A stretch of 63,196 bases of DNA, counting the filler, from Octopus bimaculoides (taxonomy: Eukaryota), in NCBI RefSeq assembly GCF_001194135.2. It is 6 parts of 6 records of this genome, joined end to end, with 100 filler letters (N's around TTAATTAATTAA, not from the genome) between each part and the next. Parts side by side here need not be neighbours in the genome. Positions count along the whole stretch, not along the records: positions 1 to 27,139 come from NC_069006.1; positions 27,240 to 34,104 come from NC_069007.1; positions 34,205 to 38,208 come from NC_069002.1; 3 more parts are not named here. One strand, 5' to 3'. The first letter of the stretch is position 1. Every line of letters starts with the position of its first letter. Shown one piece after another: positions 22,631 through 36,892 of this stretch. Under the pieces are notes generated by a model. It made no database searches. It was not told the DNA's origin and worked only from the letters and a program-made list of their open reading frames with translations. Made by a program: the position numbers and the translations under genes.

Positions 22631-24560
22631 GTCCAGACTCAAGGTCAGTAGACAAATCCAAGTCGTACAGTACAAACTACAAACAAAGAAGAAGAAAAAC
22701 AAGTTTAAAGAAATTTCACAATTATATTGAATTCAGTAACGAGCTTTGCTATTGAAAATATTGTGTTCCCCTTTTTTAATATTAATTATTTTTACTGATA
22801 CTTTATATATATTATACATACAGACAGGACACAGATGTGTGTCAATAGCCAGCTGGAGGAGATGTTCTCCTGGGGCGAAAAGCAACAGTAACATCCACCC
22901 TTAGGGTTTAGCCGCATTTAAGAGGCAAATATATTATATATATTATTTGTTTATTTATATCTCAGCTGGAAGTTCGACAAAAAGGAAAACCGTGTTATAG
23001 TTCTCCAGGACACAACAGAGGAGTTCAAAACTAGCTGTGTGAGAGAGCACCTGTTACGCAGGTGAACTAATTTTATGCACATGAGCTAATTTTGATAGCT
23101 GAAGCTGGTGAAGAATTTGAAAAAAAATGTCATATGGGGAAGAAGAAAAAACTAGGAGGGGCCTCAAAATAAACTTAGCAAATATAAATCTTTTAGAAAT
23201 TTTCTAAAAGACAGGGTTCTACTTCCGTTTGTGTAAATGGTTGATATGCAGTAAAGGAATAGGTGAAACTTCCATACAATGTACTCAGTGTAAACTATGG
23301 GTGCCCAAGTTGCTCAGTGGAGTCACAGACAAAACCTAAAAGAGGAGATTTCCAGTGTAGCTGATGTAAAGGAGTAGCTAAGAATGGGAGCTGTCATGAA
23401 ATGAATTCTTCCAAATATCAAAAAAATTCTCAGGAAATAGTTGACACTGATGAAAGCTAATTCTCGGGCCCAGAGAGAAAGAAGCTATAGAAAAGACGTT
23501 GAAATAATTTGTAAAACTAAGAAAACTATTGATCATGTCTGAAAATAAGTGATTGAAGTTAAAAAGCAGAATAGTTAAAGTGAGAAGTCAAGAAAGAAAC
23601 AAACTGAATTTTATCAATTTGCAATTTGAGGAAAATTTATAAAACTTGAGAATTCTTTCTTTGTTTTCTTTGTGTAGGAGAGAGTTTTCATGTTTATAAA
23701 AAGAAACCAACAGAGAGAAAGATGGAGAGAGAGACAGTTCTAAAGTTCATTGGTCCGTACAAAGATTCAAGTTATACTTAGCAAGAAATAGATCAAATCT
23801 CTCTCTCTCTCTCTCTAAATGTTAGGGGTCTATATATAAAGAACTGGTCTTCAATTAGACAACAGGACCATTCTATAGAGTTAAGACAGGAAATTTGAAG
23901 ATGAAGCTTTAGCAGTTTCCACACAGTTCCAGAGGCGACGATTTCACAGAAGTAAACATTTAGGAGAAATGGTTTTAGAATCAAATGTCAGACATGGCCA
24001 AGTGGTTAGGAATTTTAGTTTGTAACCAATCAGGTTTAGAGTTAGTTCTCACTGCATGGCATTTTGGGTAGGTGCCTTCAACCACAGACTCAGAGCGACC
24101 AGTACCAGTTTCGCACTGGGGTCAATGTAATCAACGTAATCCCCTCCCACAAGCTGCCCTTGTAGCAAAATTTGAAACCATTATTATTATTATTATCATC
24201 ATCATCATCATCACAAGCATCCACCTGCCACGTTGTGCTACTAGCTCGAATGAATGAGTTTCACAGAGTTTATGTGTTTGGATTGTTAATGGTTATGGAG
24301 ACGGGACAGATGGCAGCTGGAATTGAGGATGAGGGGAGGGAAACCTACAGATGCACATGCATGTGTAAGTAGCAATGTGTGCACATGTATGGATTTATGT
24401 ACATATGTGCAGTGTTGCAGTGTAAGCCAGCTGCACATTAAAGACACGGGGAAGGAGGGAGTGCAGTTAAAATTATGCATATAAAATAGTTTGTGTGCGC
24501 TTGTGTATATATGTGTGTGTGTGTGTCAGTGTATGTATATATATACATACATACATACAT

Positions 24561-24606
<46 letters not shown>

Positions 24607-24699
24607 GCATGTGTATGTGAGTGTGTGTCAGTGTGTATATATGCATGTATATATTTATGTGAAAAACGGATGGGTGTGCATGTGTAGAAGCTACGATTA

Positions 24700-25030
24700 A
24701 CTGGAACACTCAGCTGGTTATGGTGATAAGGGTTCCAGTTGATCCGATCAACGGAACAGCCTGCTTGTGAAATTAACATACAAGTGGCTGAGCACTCCAC
24801 AGACGTGTGTACCTTTAACATAGTTCTCAGAGAGATTCAGTGTTACAAAGAATGTGACAAGGATGGCTGACCCTTTGAATTACAGGTACTACTCATTTTT
24901 GATTGAGCTGAATGGTCTGGAGGAATGTGAAATAAAGTGTCTTGCTCAAGGACACAATGCACTGCTGGGTATTGAACTCACAACCTTGCAGTTATGAGCT
25001 GAACACCCTGACCACTAAGCCAAGCACCTT
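24700..25030 (-). mobile_element. tRNA-derived SINE ('family E')
   Basis: Minus-strand head ggtgcttggcttagtggtcagggtg..GAGTTCAATACC..gtgtccttgagcaagacac, body cctgtaattcaaagggtcagcc..ttgtcaca. Confidence 0.75.
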
Positions 25031-25214
25031 CACATTACACACACACATACTCTATGATTAAACCCAGTGAATAAATGTCTGTGTGAGGAGTATTCTGAGA
25101 GGATAGAAAAATGGTGAAGAATTGGACAGTTTTGGAGAAGTAGCAAAGGGGAGGGGTCTAGAGTAAAACTTCCACCTTCAAAATCAATAAATTATAATAA
25201 TTTTTCTAATTTTT

Positions 25215-25418
25215 GGTACTTATTTTATCGATCTCCCTCCCAACAGGATGAGAGGCAAAGCCAACCTTGGCTGCATTTGAACTCAGAACATAAAGAGCAA
25301 GAAGAAAAGCTGTTAAGCATTTTGCCCACTGTGCCAACGATTCTGTCAGCTTGCTGCCTTAAGCTAAACTCTAATAACACAGTATAAATTTATAATGATG
25401 GTGATGACGATGGTGGTG

Positions 25419-25453
<35 letters not shown>

Positions 25454-25862
25454 GGCGGTAGAATTGTTACTATGCTTAGCGGCATTTTGTCCGTCTTTAT
25501 GTTCTGAGTTCAAATTCAGCCGAGGTTGACTTTGTCTTTCATCCGAACACTGGGGTTGATGTAACTGACTTACCCCCTCCCCCAAAATTGCTGGTATTGT
25601 GCCAAAATATGAAACCATTATTATTATAATAATTATTATTAAGGAGGGTGAACTGGCAGAACAGTTAGCATACCAGGCAAAATGCTTAGTGGCATTTCAT
25701 CCATCTGTAAGTTTTGAGTTCAAATTCTGCAGAGGATGACTTTGCCTTTTATTTTTTGGGGGGGGTCAATAAAATAAGTACCAGTTGAGTATTGGGGTCA
25801 ATATGATCAACTTACCCCATCCCCGTAAATTTCAGGTCTTGTGCCTATAGTAGAAAGGATTG
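25215..25862. mobile_element. Three family A SINEs: one minus (25215-25362), two plus in tandem (25452-25620, 25641-25862)
   Basis: B-box gagttcaaattc; (ATT)n spacers. Confidence 0.8.
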
Positions 25863-25863
25863 C

Positions 25864-25896
<33 letters not shown>

Positions 25897-26895
25897 CATA
25901 TTTGACCTTTATTGCTGTCGATGACTAAAGACATCATGTGGGAGAAGCCAGTGTGTCCAGCTGTGGCCAAACAGTTTAACGCCTGCTCAGAAGGCTCTGC
26001 TACAGGTCAGGCATTGGGACTAAAGGTGGTCCATTGGAACTGAAGACAAGGAGTTGGTTTTGGACTTGAGCAGTTTGCATTTTCTTTGTGCCTCATGCAA
26101 TCCCATTCTATTCATAGGAAGTGGCACCTGTTGGTGTAGCTCCACCGGATGGAATGGTCTTGTGCTTGTGTTTTCCAGATGTCAGGGTTGATGATTACGA
26201 AGATGACGATGGTGATGATGATGATGGTGGTAATGACCAACTAATTGACTAATAAAACAAAATCAGTTAAGATTCTAAAGTGTGAGATCTTTCTGCCAGT
26301 TTTTCTCTCAAAGACAATATCCAATAATTTGAAATTGTCAAAAATCAATAAATATTAAACAAAAAATTACAGTATCAATATCTATATCAGATTATCTCCG
26401 TGTTAAATTGGAAATAAAGAGGAGAATTTTATTTTATGCACACACACACACACACTTGGTACTCATAAACACATTTAGTGTAAGGTGTATAAATATGTGT
26501 GTGTTTGTGTGTGTAACTCTTAATATGTAAAATAAATGGAATTTACAAGGGTAAAAATGGAAATGTTTTTTTTACATAGCTTGATTGTAATGGTGGATTA
26601 GTTCCATGAATGTGCATTTGTGTGTCTGTATGTCTATGTATGCCTGTTTGTATGTCTATGTATGTCTGTACGTATGTGTGTCTGTGTCAGTGTATGTCTG
26701 TATACAAGTATGTATGAATGTGTGTATGCACATGTGTATATGTGTCTGTATGCACATTTGTGTGTGTATCTGTGGGTATGCTTATGTACGTCTGAGTCTG
26801 TGAATGTGTATGTGTGCATGTATGTATGTGTATATGTCTGCATGTACATCTGTGTGTGCATGTGAAATGGGACAAAAATTAATAACATAAATAAT

Positions 26896-26929
<34 letters not shown>

Positions 26930-26991
26930 GTTGGCACCAGAAGAAACTCGTGTAGAAGAGATCAAAAGCAAGAGTTGTTAACAAGCCTCAC

Positions 26992-27095
26992 CTCCCCCTT
27001 CTAACACTACCATGTTCGTAGAACAGATTAAGGAGAGGGTGGGGAGGAGAGGGGTGGCCGAGAGAAGGTGGTGGGGGCCAAGCAGAGGAGGGGGG
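26992..27095 (-). other. Candidate non-coding first exon / promoter-proximal region of vigilin
   Basis: Non-repetitive, CT-rich stretch on the minus strand ending in a strong donor GAG|gtgagg (26992/26991). Coding exon 1 has its own acceptor, so an upstream exon is required. No transcript evidence. Confidence 0.35.
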
Positions 27096-27101
27096 GTTGA
27101 A

Positions 27102-27139
<38 letters not shown>

Positions 27140-27239
27140 NNNNNNNNNNNNNNNNNNNNNNNNNNNNNNNNNNNNNNNNNNNNTTAATTAATTAANNNNN
27201 NNNNNNNNNNNNNNNNNNNNNNNNNNNNNNNNNNNNNNN
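27140..27239. other. Assembly join: 44 N + TTAATTAATTAA + 44 N (also 34105-34204, 38209-38308, 58353-58452, 61169-61268)
   Basis: Five identical 100-bp spacers; TTAATTAATTAA gives stops in all six frames. Confidence 0.97.
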
Positions 27240-28080
27240 CATGTCAAGTAGCCCATCCCACTCAAAAGGTCCCTGAATAAGGGTTGTTTAAGGATGTTGA
27301 ACAAAACACCCATGTTTCCAAAGGTGAATTAACCAAACCCCAAAGAATTCCTCTCAACACATGGCTATGATGCTCTCCTACTACTTCTGCTCATGATCAG
27401 AGATGCACATATCGTCAGCCACCAAGGGACATGCTCAACTGGTTAAGGTCAAACAACTGACAAGCAATCCTGTGGTATTAAGCAGAATATTTGCTGTAGC
27501 CCATCTTTTATACCAAGACAAGACAAAGTACATAATAACACTTCCAATCAATTAAGATCAGAAGCCATGAGAGTCAGTGTCTAGTACTGCACCGGGACAT
27601 TCATCATTATTATTGTTGTTGTTGTTATTGTGGAAGGGGTGGAGGGAAGGTTTCTGTATGAATAAGGATTATTATATCTTGATGCTTTAATTGGCTCATT
27701 ATTCAACAGGTAATCAGTTTGAAGTGAGAGTTGTCATTTAACCTCAGGTAAACTCTGTTCAAGCAAGCCTATGATAAAATGTATTCCCTCTGTGACCTCC
27801 TTCTTGTTTTCAAAGTGTGCGCACACACACACACACACACACATACGTTTATAAACAAAACATAAAGAAGAATGGAAAAGTATACATCTTCAAAATTTAT
27901 TTATTTATTATAAATTCAAATTACGACAAACGTAAGCAAACAAACAAAGTTTTCTTTTAGAAGTGTTGAGATGTCTTAGAAAGTTAAAGAAGTGATTTTT
28001 AAATTCTCAATCGCAGGATAATGCTAATAATATAGCCTGAACAGGATAAACTACCCCTATTTTGTACAAAAAAGCGTAGG

Positions 28081-28150
28081 TGGTTAGCTGTGGACACAAA
28101 CTCAAATCTCCGTGATTACGCATGCTCTGACCGATTGAGCTAAACTCCCC
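28081..28150 (-). pseudogene. Degenerate tRNA-like sequence
   Basis: GGGGAGTTTAGCTCAATCGGTCAGAGC has a perfect D-stem (GCTC/GAGC) with GG in the loop; anticodon and T arms are decayed. Confidence 0.35.
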
Positions 28151-28447
28151 CACTACAAATTCCTCTGCAAATTTAAGATGTATAGATATCTCACTTTATG
28201 AGACGCTATCATATGTTAAATATAGTATTTCTCTAATCAAACTCCAATGCAATGTATGTTTACCTTCCGAGTGAAGAACAATTTAATTGTTTATCTTAAA
28301 CAGTTTTGAACGTTCCCTATCATTCAGTGTGGCTAGTCAGAGCTGGATTATATCAGAGTGCTAATAAGGTACCTGTTCGGATTTAAAATCCCTGATATTT
28401 TACATTATATACCTATATATATATAGTCTGTTAAAGTCTGTCATACC

Positions 28448-28487
28448 GGCCATGACGAAGGGAAATAGCCCTGAAACTCGAGTCGCC
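28448..28487 (+). ncRNA. Degenerate minimal hammerhead ribozyme motif (Penelope-type)
   Basis: GGC-C[A]TGACGA-AGGG aaatag CCCT-GAAAC TCGA GTC-GCC; one extra A in the CUGANGA box. Confidence 0.55.
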
Positions 28488-28725
28488 TTTATATATTTAT
28501 ATTTATATATTTATATATTTGATCCTTTATATTGAACACTCAATATTTCATCTACATTCAATACTTTCTTTCATGGAGCCATCCATTTTTATTTTATTTT
28601 ATTTTATATTATATATTGTATATTATATTATATATTGTATATTCCATATTCTATACCCCACATTGGTTCTGCAGGAATATAAATAAAACATAAAAAACAG
28701 ACAGTGTTGGAACTCTTTTAAACAA

Positions 28726-28795
<70 letters not shown>

Positions 28796-29665
28796 CAACC
28801 CATGCTAGCATGGAAAGCGGACGTTAAACGATGATGATGATTGTTATATTTCAGGATGGTCATTTTCCATTTTTCTGTTTTTTTTTGATTTTGCAAAATA
28901 AATACATCATTATCATCATCATCATCATCGTTTAACGTCCGTTTACTATGCTGGCATGTGTTGGATGGTTTGACTGAGGACTGGCGAGCCAGCAGCTGCA
29001 CCAGGCTCCAATCTGATATGACAATGTTTCCACAGCTGGATACCCTTTCTCATGCCAACCACTCAGAGAGTGTAATGGGCGCTTTTTACGTGCCACCAGC
29101 ACAAGAGCCAGTCATGGAGTACTGGCATCACCCATGATCGGTTGGGGCTTTTTACATGCCGCTGGCACGGGAGCCATTCGGGCAGACCTGGCATCGACCA
29201 TGTTTGGATGGCACTCTTTACGTGCCACCAGCACAGGAGCCAGTCTGAGATTTATTATTATTCTTATTTGTTCTTTATTTAAAAATCTTTTGTCACACAT
29301 CTTGTGACCGTTCAGTGACTTTTTATCTCACATGTCTCCTTCTGTTCTATGTGTCTCCTCCTGTTCTGCTTAAAACAAAACAGGAGTAATCACATGGGTT
29401 GAAGAGTCACTGAAGAGGTCACAGGTGCGTGACAAAAGATTTCCAGGCAATGGACACTAGAATAAGAAGAATAATAAATCCAAAGTGAAGAACAAATATA
29501 TGTTGCATGTGTTAATTTGGGTAAAACAAAAGAAATGACCATTTCAAAATATAACACAATTTCACATTAAGAATCTGGCAAAACAAATATATAAACGTCT
29601 ATCTATCTATCTATCTGTGTGTGTGTGTGTGTCTGTCTGTCTGTCTATGTGTGTGTATCTGTGTG

Positions 29666-29698
<33 letters not shown>

Positions 29699-29761
29699 TT
29701 ATCTGTCTGTCTGTCTGTCTATGTGTCTGTATGCATATATATATATGTATATCTATATCTA

Positions 29762-29826
<65 letters not shown>

Positions 29827-30030
29827 ATGTGTATATATATATGTATATATATTNNNNNNNNNNNNNNNNNNNNNNNNNNNNNNNNNNNNNNNNNNNNNNN
29901 NNNNNNNNNNNNNNNNNNNNNNNNNNNNNNNNNNNNNNNNNNNNNNNNNNNNNNNNNNNNNNNNNNNNNNNNNNNNNNNNNNNNNNNNNNNNNNNNNNNN
30001 NNNNNNNNNNNNNNNNNNNNNNNNNNNNNN

Positions 30031-30079
<49 letters not shown>

Positions 30080-31506
30080 ATGTGTATATATATATGTATA
30101 TATATTGATTCATATGTATATATATATATATACATACATATAAATATATATGCATATATGTATGTATGTGTGTGTATGTGTGTGTATGTATGTATGTATG
30201 TATGACTTGTTGTTCTATTTCAAAACATCTTCCAAATCAGATTTAATAATATTTCCTCATATTTGCTGAACACCATGGCAAATATTTACCAGTCTTCTGA
30301 ACATGGAATGCAAGGAGACTGGAGACAACTTGATGGAAATCATTTGGAGACTACTTGACACAATTCCTTGAAATTTACCATTATACATTATACCCCCGTT
30401 ATTAAATGGTCATCGTTGTCTGCAACAATATATAAAATAAAACTAACAGAAACTTTGTCCAACTTTCAGTACTGTTCTTTGACGGAGGAATTGGCAGAAA
30501 ATTTGGTTACTGTTTACTCATCAGAAGAATTTGAAATGTTGGTAAAAAGTTCGGATAAGAAGCAATGTTGATTTTATTCCTCTCAGCTTGTAAATGTGGT
30601 TTCTTCTAAGTAAGCTTTGATTACAGAATCTTATTCCTCTGTGAAACAAGTTTATGGTAGTTTGATACAAGATGGTAAATGGTGGAGATTTACTATTTTG
30701 GTGAATGGAATAATGGAATGGTGTTTTGTTTAGTTGACGAAATGATCAATTAAGAAGTAATCATTTTGGGATGCTCACATCTGTACATGTGGGTATATAT
30801 ATTTAGTCTTTTACTTGTTTCAGTCATTTGACAGCAGCCATGCTGGAGCATCACTTTGAAGAGTTTTAGTCAAACAAATCATCCTCAGGGTTTATTATTG
30901 AAGCCTAGTACTTATTCTATCAATTTCTTTTTGATCAACCACTAAGTTAATGGGACACAAACACACCAACACCAGTTGTCAAGTGGTGATGAGGAGACAA
31001 ACACAAACACCAAGACACACACACATACATATATACTTATGTGGATATATGATGGGCTTCTTTTGGTCTATCTGAGACTGTAGTAGAAGACACTTGCCGA
31101 AGATATCACACAGTGGGACTGAACCTCAAACCATGTGGTTGGGAAGCAAGCTTCTTATCACACAGCCACTCCTATATATATATNNNNNNNNNNNNNNNNN
31201 NNNNNNNNNNNNNNNNNNNNNNNNNNNNNNNNNNNNNNNNNNNNNNNNNNNNNNNNNNNNNNNNNNNNNNNNNNNNNNNNNNNNNNNNNNNNNNNNNNNN
31301 NNNNNNNNNNNNNNNNNNNNNNNNNNNNNNNNNNNNNNNNNNNNNNNNNNNNNNNNNNNNNNNNNNNNNNNNNNNNNNNNNNNNNNNNNNNNNNNNNNNN
31401 NNNNNNNNNNNNNNNNNNNNNNNNNNNNNNTGTGTGTGTGTGTGTGTGTGTGTGCGTGTATCTATGTATATATATATCATCATCATACACATACATTATG
31501 TATGTG

Positions 31507-31548
<42 letters not shown>

Positions 31549-31689
31549 CGTATTTGGCTTATATCCAGAAAAAGGAGAAGTCTTTAATATTTCAAGTTTA
31601 CACTCTTGCAACAGAATGAGAAGAGAGAAAACAAATGAATATTCATGTGTGTGTGTGTGTGTGTGTGAGTGATATATATATATATACAA

Positions 31690-32045
31690 AGGTAAAGGTA
31701 TAAGGTAAAAACCCCTTTTGGTCACGAATGACCATGAGATTCCACCTAGATAGTTCCCTTTGAAGGCACAAGTCCAGACAAGGTTGTTTATGGAAGACCA
31801 GCAGTCAACCATGCATACCAGCCTCTTATCTCCGTGCCACCGAAGTTATCCAAGGGAAAGGCAAAGGGGCCGATACAGCTTGACACCAGTGACATCACAG
31901 TTCATTGCTTTCAGCTGAGTGAACTGGAGCAACATGAAATAAAGTGTCTTGCTCAAGAACACAACACACAGCCTGGTCCAGGAATCACACTCACTGCCTC
32001 ATGATTGTGTGCCCAACACTCTAACCACTGAATCATGTTCCTTCA
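31690..32045 (-). mobile_element. SINE with family E-type head and a different tail
   Basis: aaataaagtgtcttgctcaagaacacaac head block shared with 24930-24960; tail ends in (CCTTT)-like repeats. Confidence 0.65.
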
Positions 32046-32092
32046 TATACATATATTTATCGACCACACATACTCAAAATATGTGTTTACTT

Positions 32093-32134
<42 letters not shown>

Positions 32135-32592
32135 NNNNNNNNNNNNNNNNNNNNNNNNNNNNNNNNNNNNNNNNNNNNNNNNNNNNNNNNNNNNNNNNNN
32201 NNNNNNNNNNNNNNNNNNNNNNNNNNNNNNNNNNNNNNNNNNNNNNNNNNNNNNNNNNNNNNNNNNNNNNNNNNNNNNNNNNNNNNNNNNNNNNNNNNNN
32301 NNNNNNNNNNNNNNNNNNNNNNNNNNNNNNNNNNNNNNNNNNNNNNNNNNNNNNNNNNNNNNNNNNNNNNNNNNNNNNNNNNNNNNNNNNNNNNNNNNNN
32401 NNNNNNNNNNNNNNNNNNNNNNNNNNNNNNNNNNNNNNNNNNNNNNNNNNNNNNNNNNNNNNNNNNNNNNNNNNNNNNNNNNNNNNNNNNNNNNNNNNNN
32501 NNNNNNNNNNNNNNNNNNNNNNNNNNNNNNNNNNNNNNNNNNNNNNNNNNNNNNNNNNNNNNNNNNNNNNNNNNNNNNNNNNNNNNNNNNNN

Positions 32593-32623
<31 letters not shown>

Positions 32624-33099
32624 TACGTATGTATGTATGTGTTCATCTATGTATCTATGTACGCATGTCTGCTTTGTAAAAGTATTGTTGGTCGCTGGTG
32701 ATAAGTCTTGACTGGGCCAATCTCTGATGGTTTGTTGTGCTTCCAATAGTGAGCGAGAGAAGTGAATGTCTATGCAACACTGACGGAATAAATACAATAA
32801 GCTATATTTGTTCAATATCTTGCGTTTGGAGTTTATCACGCTGATGTTTACAAAAAGCATATGCATATCAATGAATCTATCTTGCTGACTATCAAATTAT
32901 CTGTCTACCTTCTAATTTATCTGTCTATCTACCTACCTGTCTGCCTGTCTATCTGTCTGTCTATTTATCCATCTTTCTATCTGTATATCTATTTACATAT
33001 CCATGTGTGTGTATGTGTCTATCACTATATATATACACATATATAGATATACATATACATGTCTATATATGTGTGTATATAGATATATATATATATATA

Positions 33100-33139
<40 letters not shown>

Positions 33140-35109
33140 CATACCAGTTACATTCCTTGTTGAGAAAATGACATAAGCAACATTTCTATTTGAAACTAAC
33201 CTCATGTGTATTTTATATTAAGGATTAAACAAAAATAATCCATCGGAACAAATTTTACTCTTTGGAAATCCGAATGCACCACAAACGGGTCAATAAAATA
33301 GGATTTTCTTTCCCTTCTTTCGTTTTTGTTTTTTTACTGGGAGGGGTGGGGGAATGGAGTAAAATTTATTTTGTAAAAAAACTCTCTTTTGTAAAATCAG
33401 ACATATTGTCTAAGCAAAAAAGCACTATAATTTTTTTTCAGTAAAACTTTTTTTATATGAAAACAATTCTTCTATTTTTAATTTTATATCAGTACAGAGC
33501 CAAATCAAACTGCTTTAAATAATAATAATAATGATAATAATGATAATAATAGTAATAATAATAATGCCCTGATGCAGTACCAGGCAGTGGCTCTCATGGC
33601 TTCTGGTCATAACTGATTGAAAGTGTTATTATGTACATTTTTTTGTCTTGGTATAAAAAAGATAGGCTACAGCAAATATTCTGCTCAATACCACAGATTT
33701 GCTTGTCAGTTGTTTGACCGTAACCAGTTGAGCATGTCCCTTAGTGGCTGACGATATGTGCATCTCTGATCATGAGCAGAAGTAGTGGGGGAGCATCATA
33801 GCCATGTGTTGAGAGGAATTCGTTGGGGTTTGGATATTTCACCTTTGGAAACATGGGTATTTTGCTCAACATCCTTAAACAAACCTTCTTCAGGGACCTT
33901 TTGAGCGGGATATGCTACTCGACCTGGAGAACATTCTAACTGGGCCCCACCTGCGAGGTCATGTGCTGTTTATCTTGATATGAGATCACCATGTCACGCA
34001 CATATGGTTGTGATGCATGTACCTGGTGTACCCTTATCAGACGGGTAGTCATGATGGGTATAATGGGCTTCGTATATTTTACCCCAGTGCACTGCTCTCT
34101 CACTNNNNNNNNNNNNNNNNNNNNNNNNNNNNNNNNNNNNNNNNNNNNTTAATTAATTAANNNNNNNNNNNNNNNNNNNNNNNNNNNNNNNNNNNNNNNN
34201 NNNNATATATATATACATATACATACATATATAAATGTATGTATATTTTTTCAATGTGTACAAATAAAGAGGGAAAAATAAATAAATAGTTAGCAGAGTA
34301 GCAAAAATTCACATAAGTGCCAAAGATGTTTTTTTCTACTCTAGGCACAAGGCCCGAAATTTTTGGGGAGGGCGACCTAGGGCGCAACCGGTACTTAATT
34401 TATCGACCCCAAAAGTATGAAAGGCAAAGTCGGCCTTGGTGGAATTTGAACTCAGGATGTAAAGACAGACGAAATACTGCTAAGTTTCTCGCCCGGCGTG
34501 CTAACGTTTCTGCCTTTTCACCAGACGTATTATAAGTGTCAAAGATATTACGACATATAAAGGTAGAAATTCTAGGGTTAAGTGAATTATTTTTGTTTAA
34601 CATGGATAAATTAAGAAATGGAGTCATTTACACTGAGATCGTGCTGAAACAAAAACAATTGCAGCGTAGATGTTTGTAAGCCATTCAAGAACATACAAAA
34701 ACCGTTAGTTTCGCGGCACTACTTAAATACAGAGGTCCCGCTTAAATACAGAGTTCCCGATGCATCTACGTAACGATCTCAGATCAAGTTACTTGCTATG
34801 CAAGTACTTCTCCGAAATTTTTTAAAAAATCACTGTGGATTCTAAACAGAAACAATCGGGAGAAGGGAATGGAGTTGCAAAAAATTTCTTTTTTGTAGTA
34901 TATAAATGTATTTATGCGGAAAAAATATTGAAAAACATCAATCGAGAGTGATAAAGAAACGAGGAGGGTTGTCTTTGGATGTGCTAGAAACAACAGCCAA
35001 ATCGCCCTTAAATCACTTTTCCCTCTGAAAATATTAACTATTAAAAAATATATATTTCTGGCGTCCTATGTGTTGGTGTGCCTAGATTCTGTTGAATCCA
35101 TATTCAAAT

Positions 35110-35110
35110 A

Positions 35111-35182
<72 letters not shown>

Positions 35183-35200
35183 GTCTGTCTGTCTGTCTAT
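35110..35200. repeat. (CTAT)n/(CTGT)n microsatellite; another (CTAT)n at 62925-62975
   Basis: Directly visible. Confidence 0.95.
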
Positions 35201-36189
35201 ATATATATATATACATCTATGTACCCACACATATATGTATGTGTGTATACGCTTTTACTCTTTTCAGTCATTTGACTGTCGCCATGCTGGAGCACCGCCA
35301 TTAGTCGAGCAAATCGACCCCAGGACTTATTCTTTGTAAGCCTAGTACTTATTCTATCGGTCTCTTTTGCCGAACCGCTATGTTACGGGGACGTTAACAC
35401 ACCAGCATTGGTTGTCAAGCGATGCTGGGGGGACAAACACAGACACACAAACACACACACACATATATATATACATATACATATATACGACAAGCTTCTT
35501 TCAGTTTCCGTCTACCAAATCCACTCACAAGGCTTTAGTCGGCCCGAGGCTATAGTAGAAGACACTTGCCCAAGGTGTCACGCAGTGGGACTGAACCTGG
35601 AGCCATGTGGTTGGTAAAGCAAGCTACTTACCACACAGCCACTCCTACGCTTATGTGGGTATGTTTGTAAGTAGGTATATAGAAACAAAAGAAAAGAGCA
35701 CTTAATACATAATGTAGAGTATATAAGTATCTAATGACTCACTTGAGCATTCCCATATTTCATAACAAAGAAACCTTGATCATACGTAGGGGTCCATTTG
35801 ATGGATATTTTCTGAAATATTTCTGTTGTATCATGTGAGACTCTGGTAAACTTAAACGTCGCAAATGCAGCGAAGCAATGGTTGGTCTACCACAAATATT
35901 TAATCGAAGACGTTACTGTTCGCCAGTACCAATATAAAATAAATACTTAAATAAATAATAAATAAACGATAAGTTAATAATAAATAGAGTATATATTTAT
36001 TCATCTGAAATCGATGATGTTGATGATAATGATAGTTGTGATGATTGTTATGATGATGGTGATGATTATTTACACTGCAGCTTGTCTAGCTTGGTTCCTC
36101 GTTATGTACGATTATTCAGGCGACGAAATGATGTGTATGTGTGGTGTGTGTGTGTGTGTGTGTATATATACATACACACACACACACAC

Positions 36190-36238
<49 letters not shown>

Positions 36239-36851
36239 NNNNNNNNNNNNNNNNNNNNNNNNNNNNNNNNNNNNNNNNNNNNNNNNNNNNNNNNNNNNNN
36301 NNNNNNNNNNNNNNNNNNNNNNNNNNNNNNNNNNNNNNNNNNNNNNNNNNNNNNNNNNNNNNNNNNNNNNNNNNNNNNNNNNNNNNNNNNNNNNNNNNNN
36401 NNNNNNNNNNNNNNNNNNNNNNNNNNNNNNNNNNNNNNNNNNNNNNNNNNNNNNNNNNNNNNNNNNNNNNNNNNNNNNNNNNNNNNNNNNNNNNNNNNNN
36501 NNNNNNNNNNNNNNNNNNNNNNNNNNNNNNNNNNNNNNNNNNNNNNNNNNNNNNNNNNNNNNNNNNNNNNNNNNNNNNNNNNNNNNNNNNNNNNNNNNNN
36601 NNNNNNNNNNNNNNNNNNNNNNNNNNNNNNNNNNNNNNNNNNNNNNNNNNNNNNNNNNNNNNNNNNNNNNNNNNNNNNNNNNNNNNNNNNNNNNNNNNNN
36701 NNNNNNNNNNNNNNNNNNNNNNNNNNNNNNNNNNNNNNNNNNNNNNNNNNNNNNNNNNNNNNNNNNNNNNNNNNNNNNNNNNNNNNNNNNNNNNNNNNNN
36801 NNNNNNNNNNNNNNNNNNNNNNNNNNNNNNNNNNNNNNNNNNNNNNNNNNN

Positions 36852-36892
<41 letters not shown>

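Noticed and set aside
27184-27195. TTAATTAATTAA islands inside N runs (five places)
   Set aside because: Identical 44+12+44 layout and six-frame stops mark a synthetic scaffolding linker. Order and orientation across these joins are therefore not sequence-supported.
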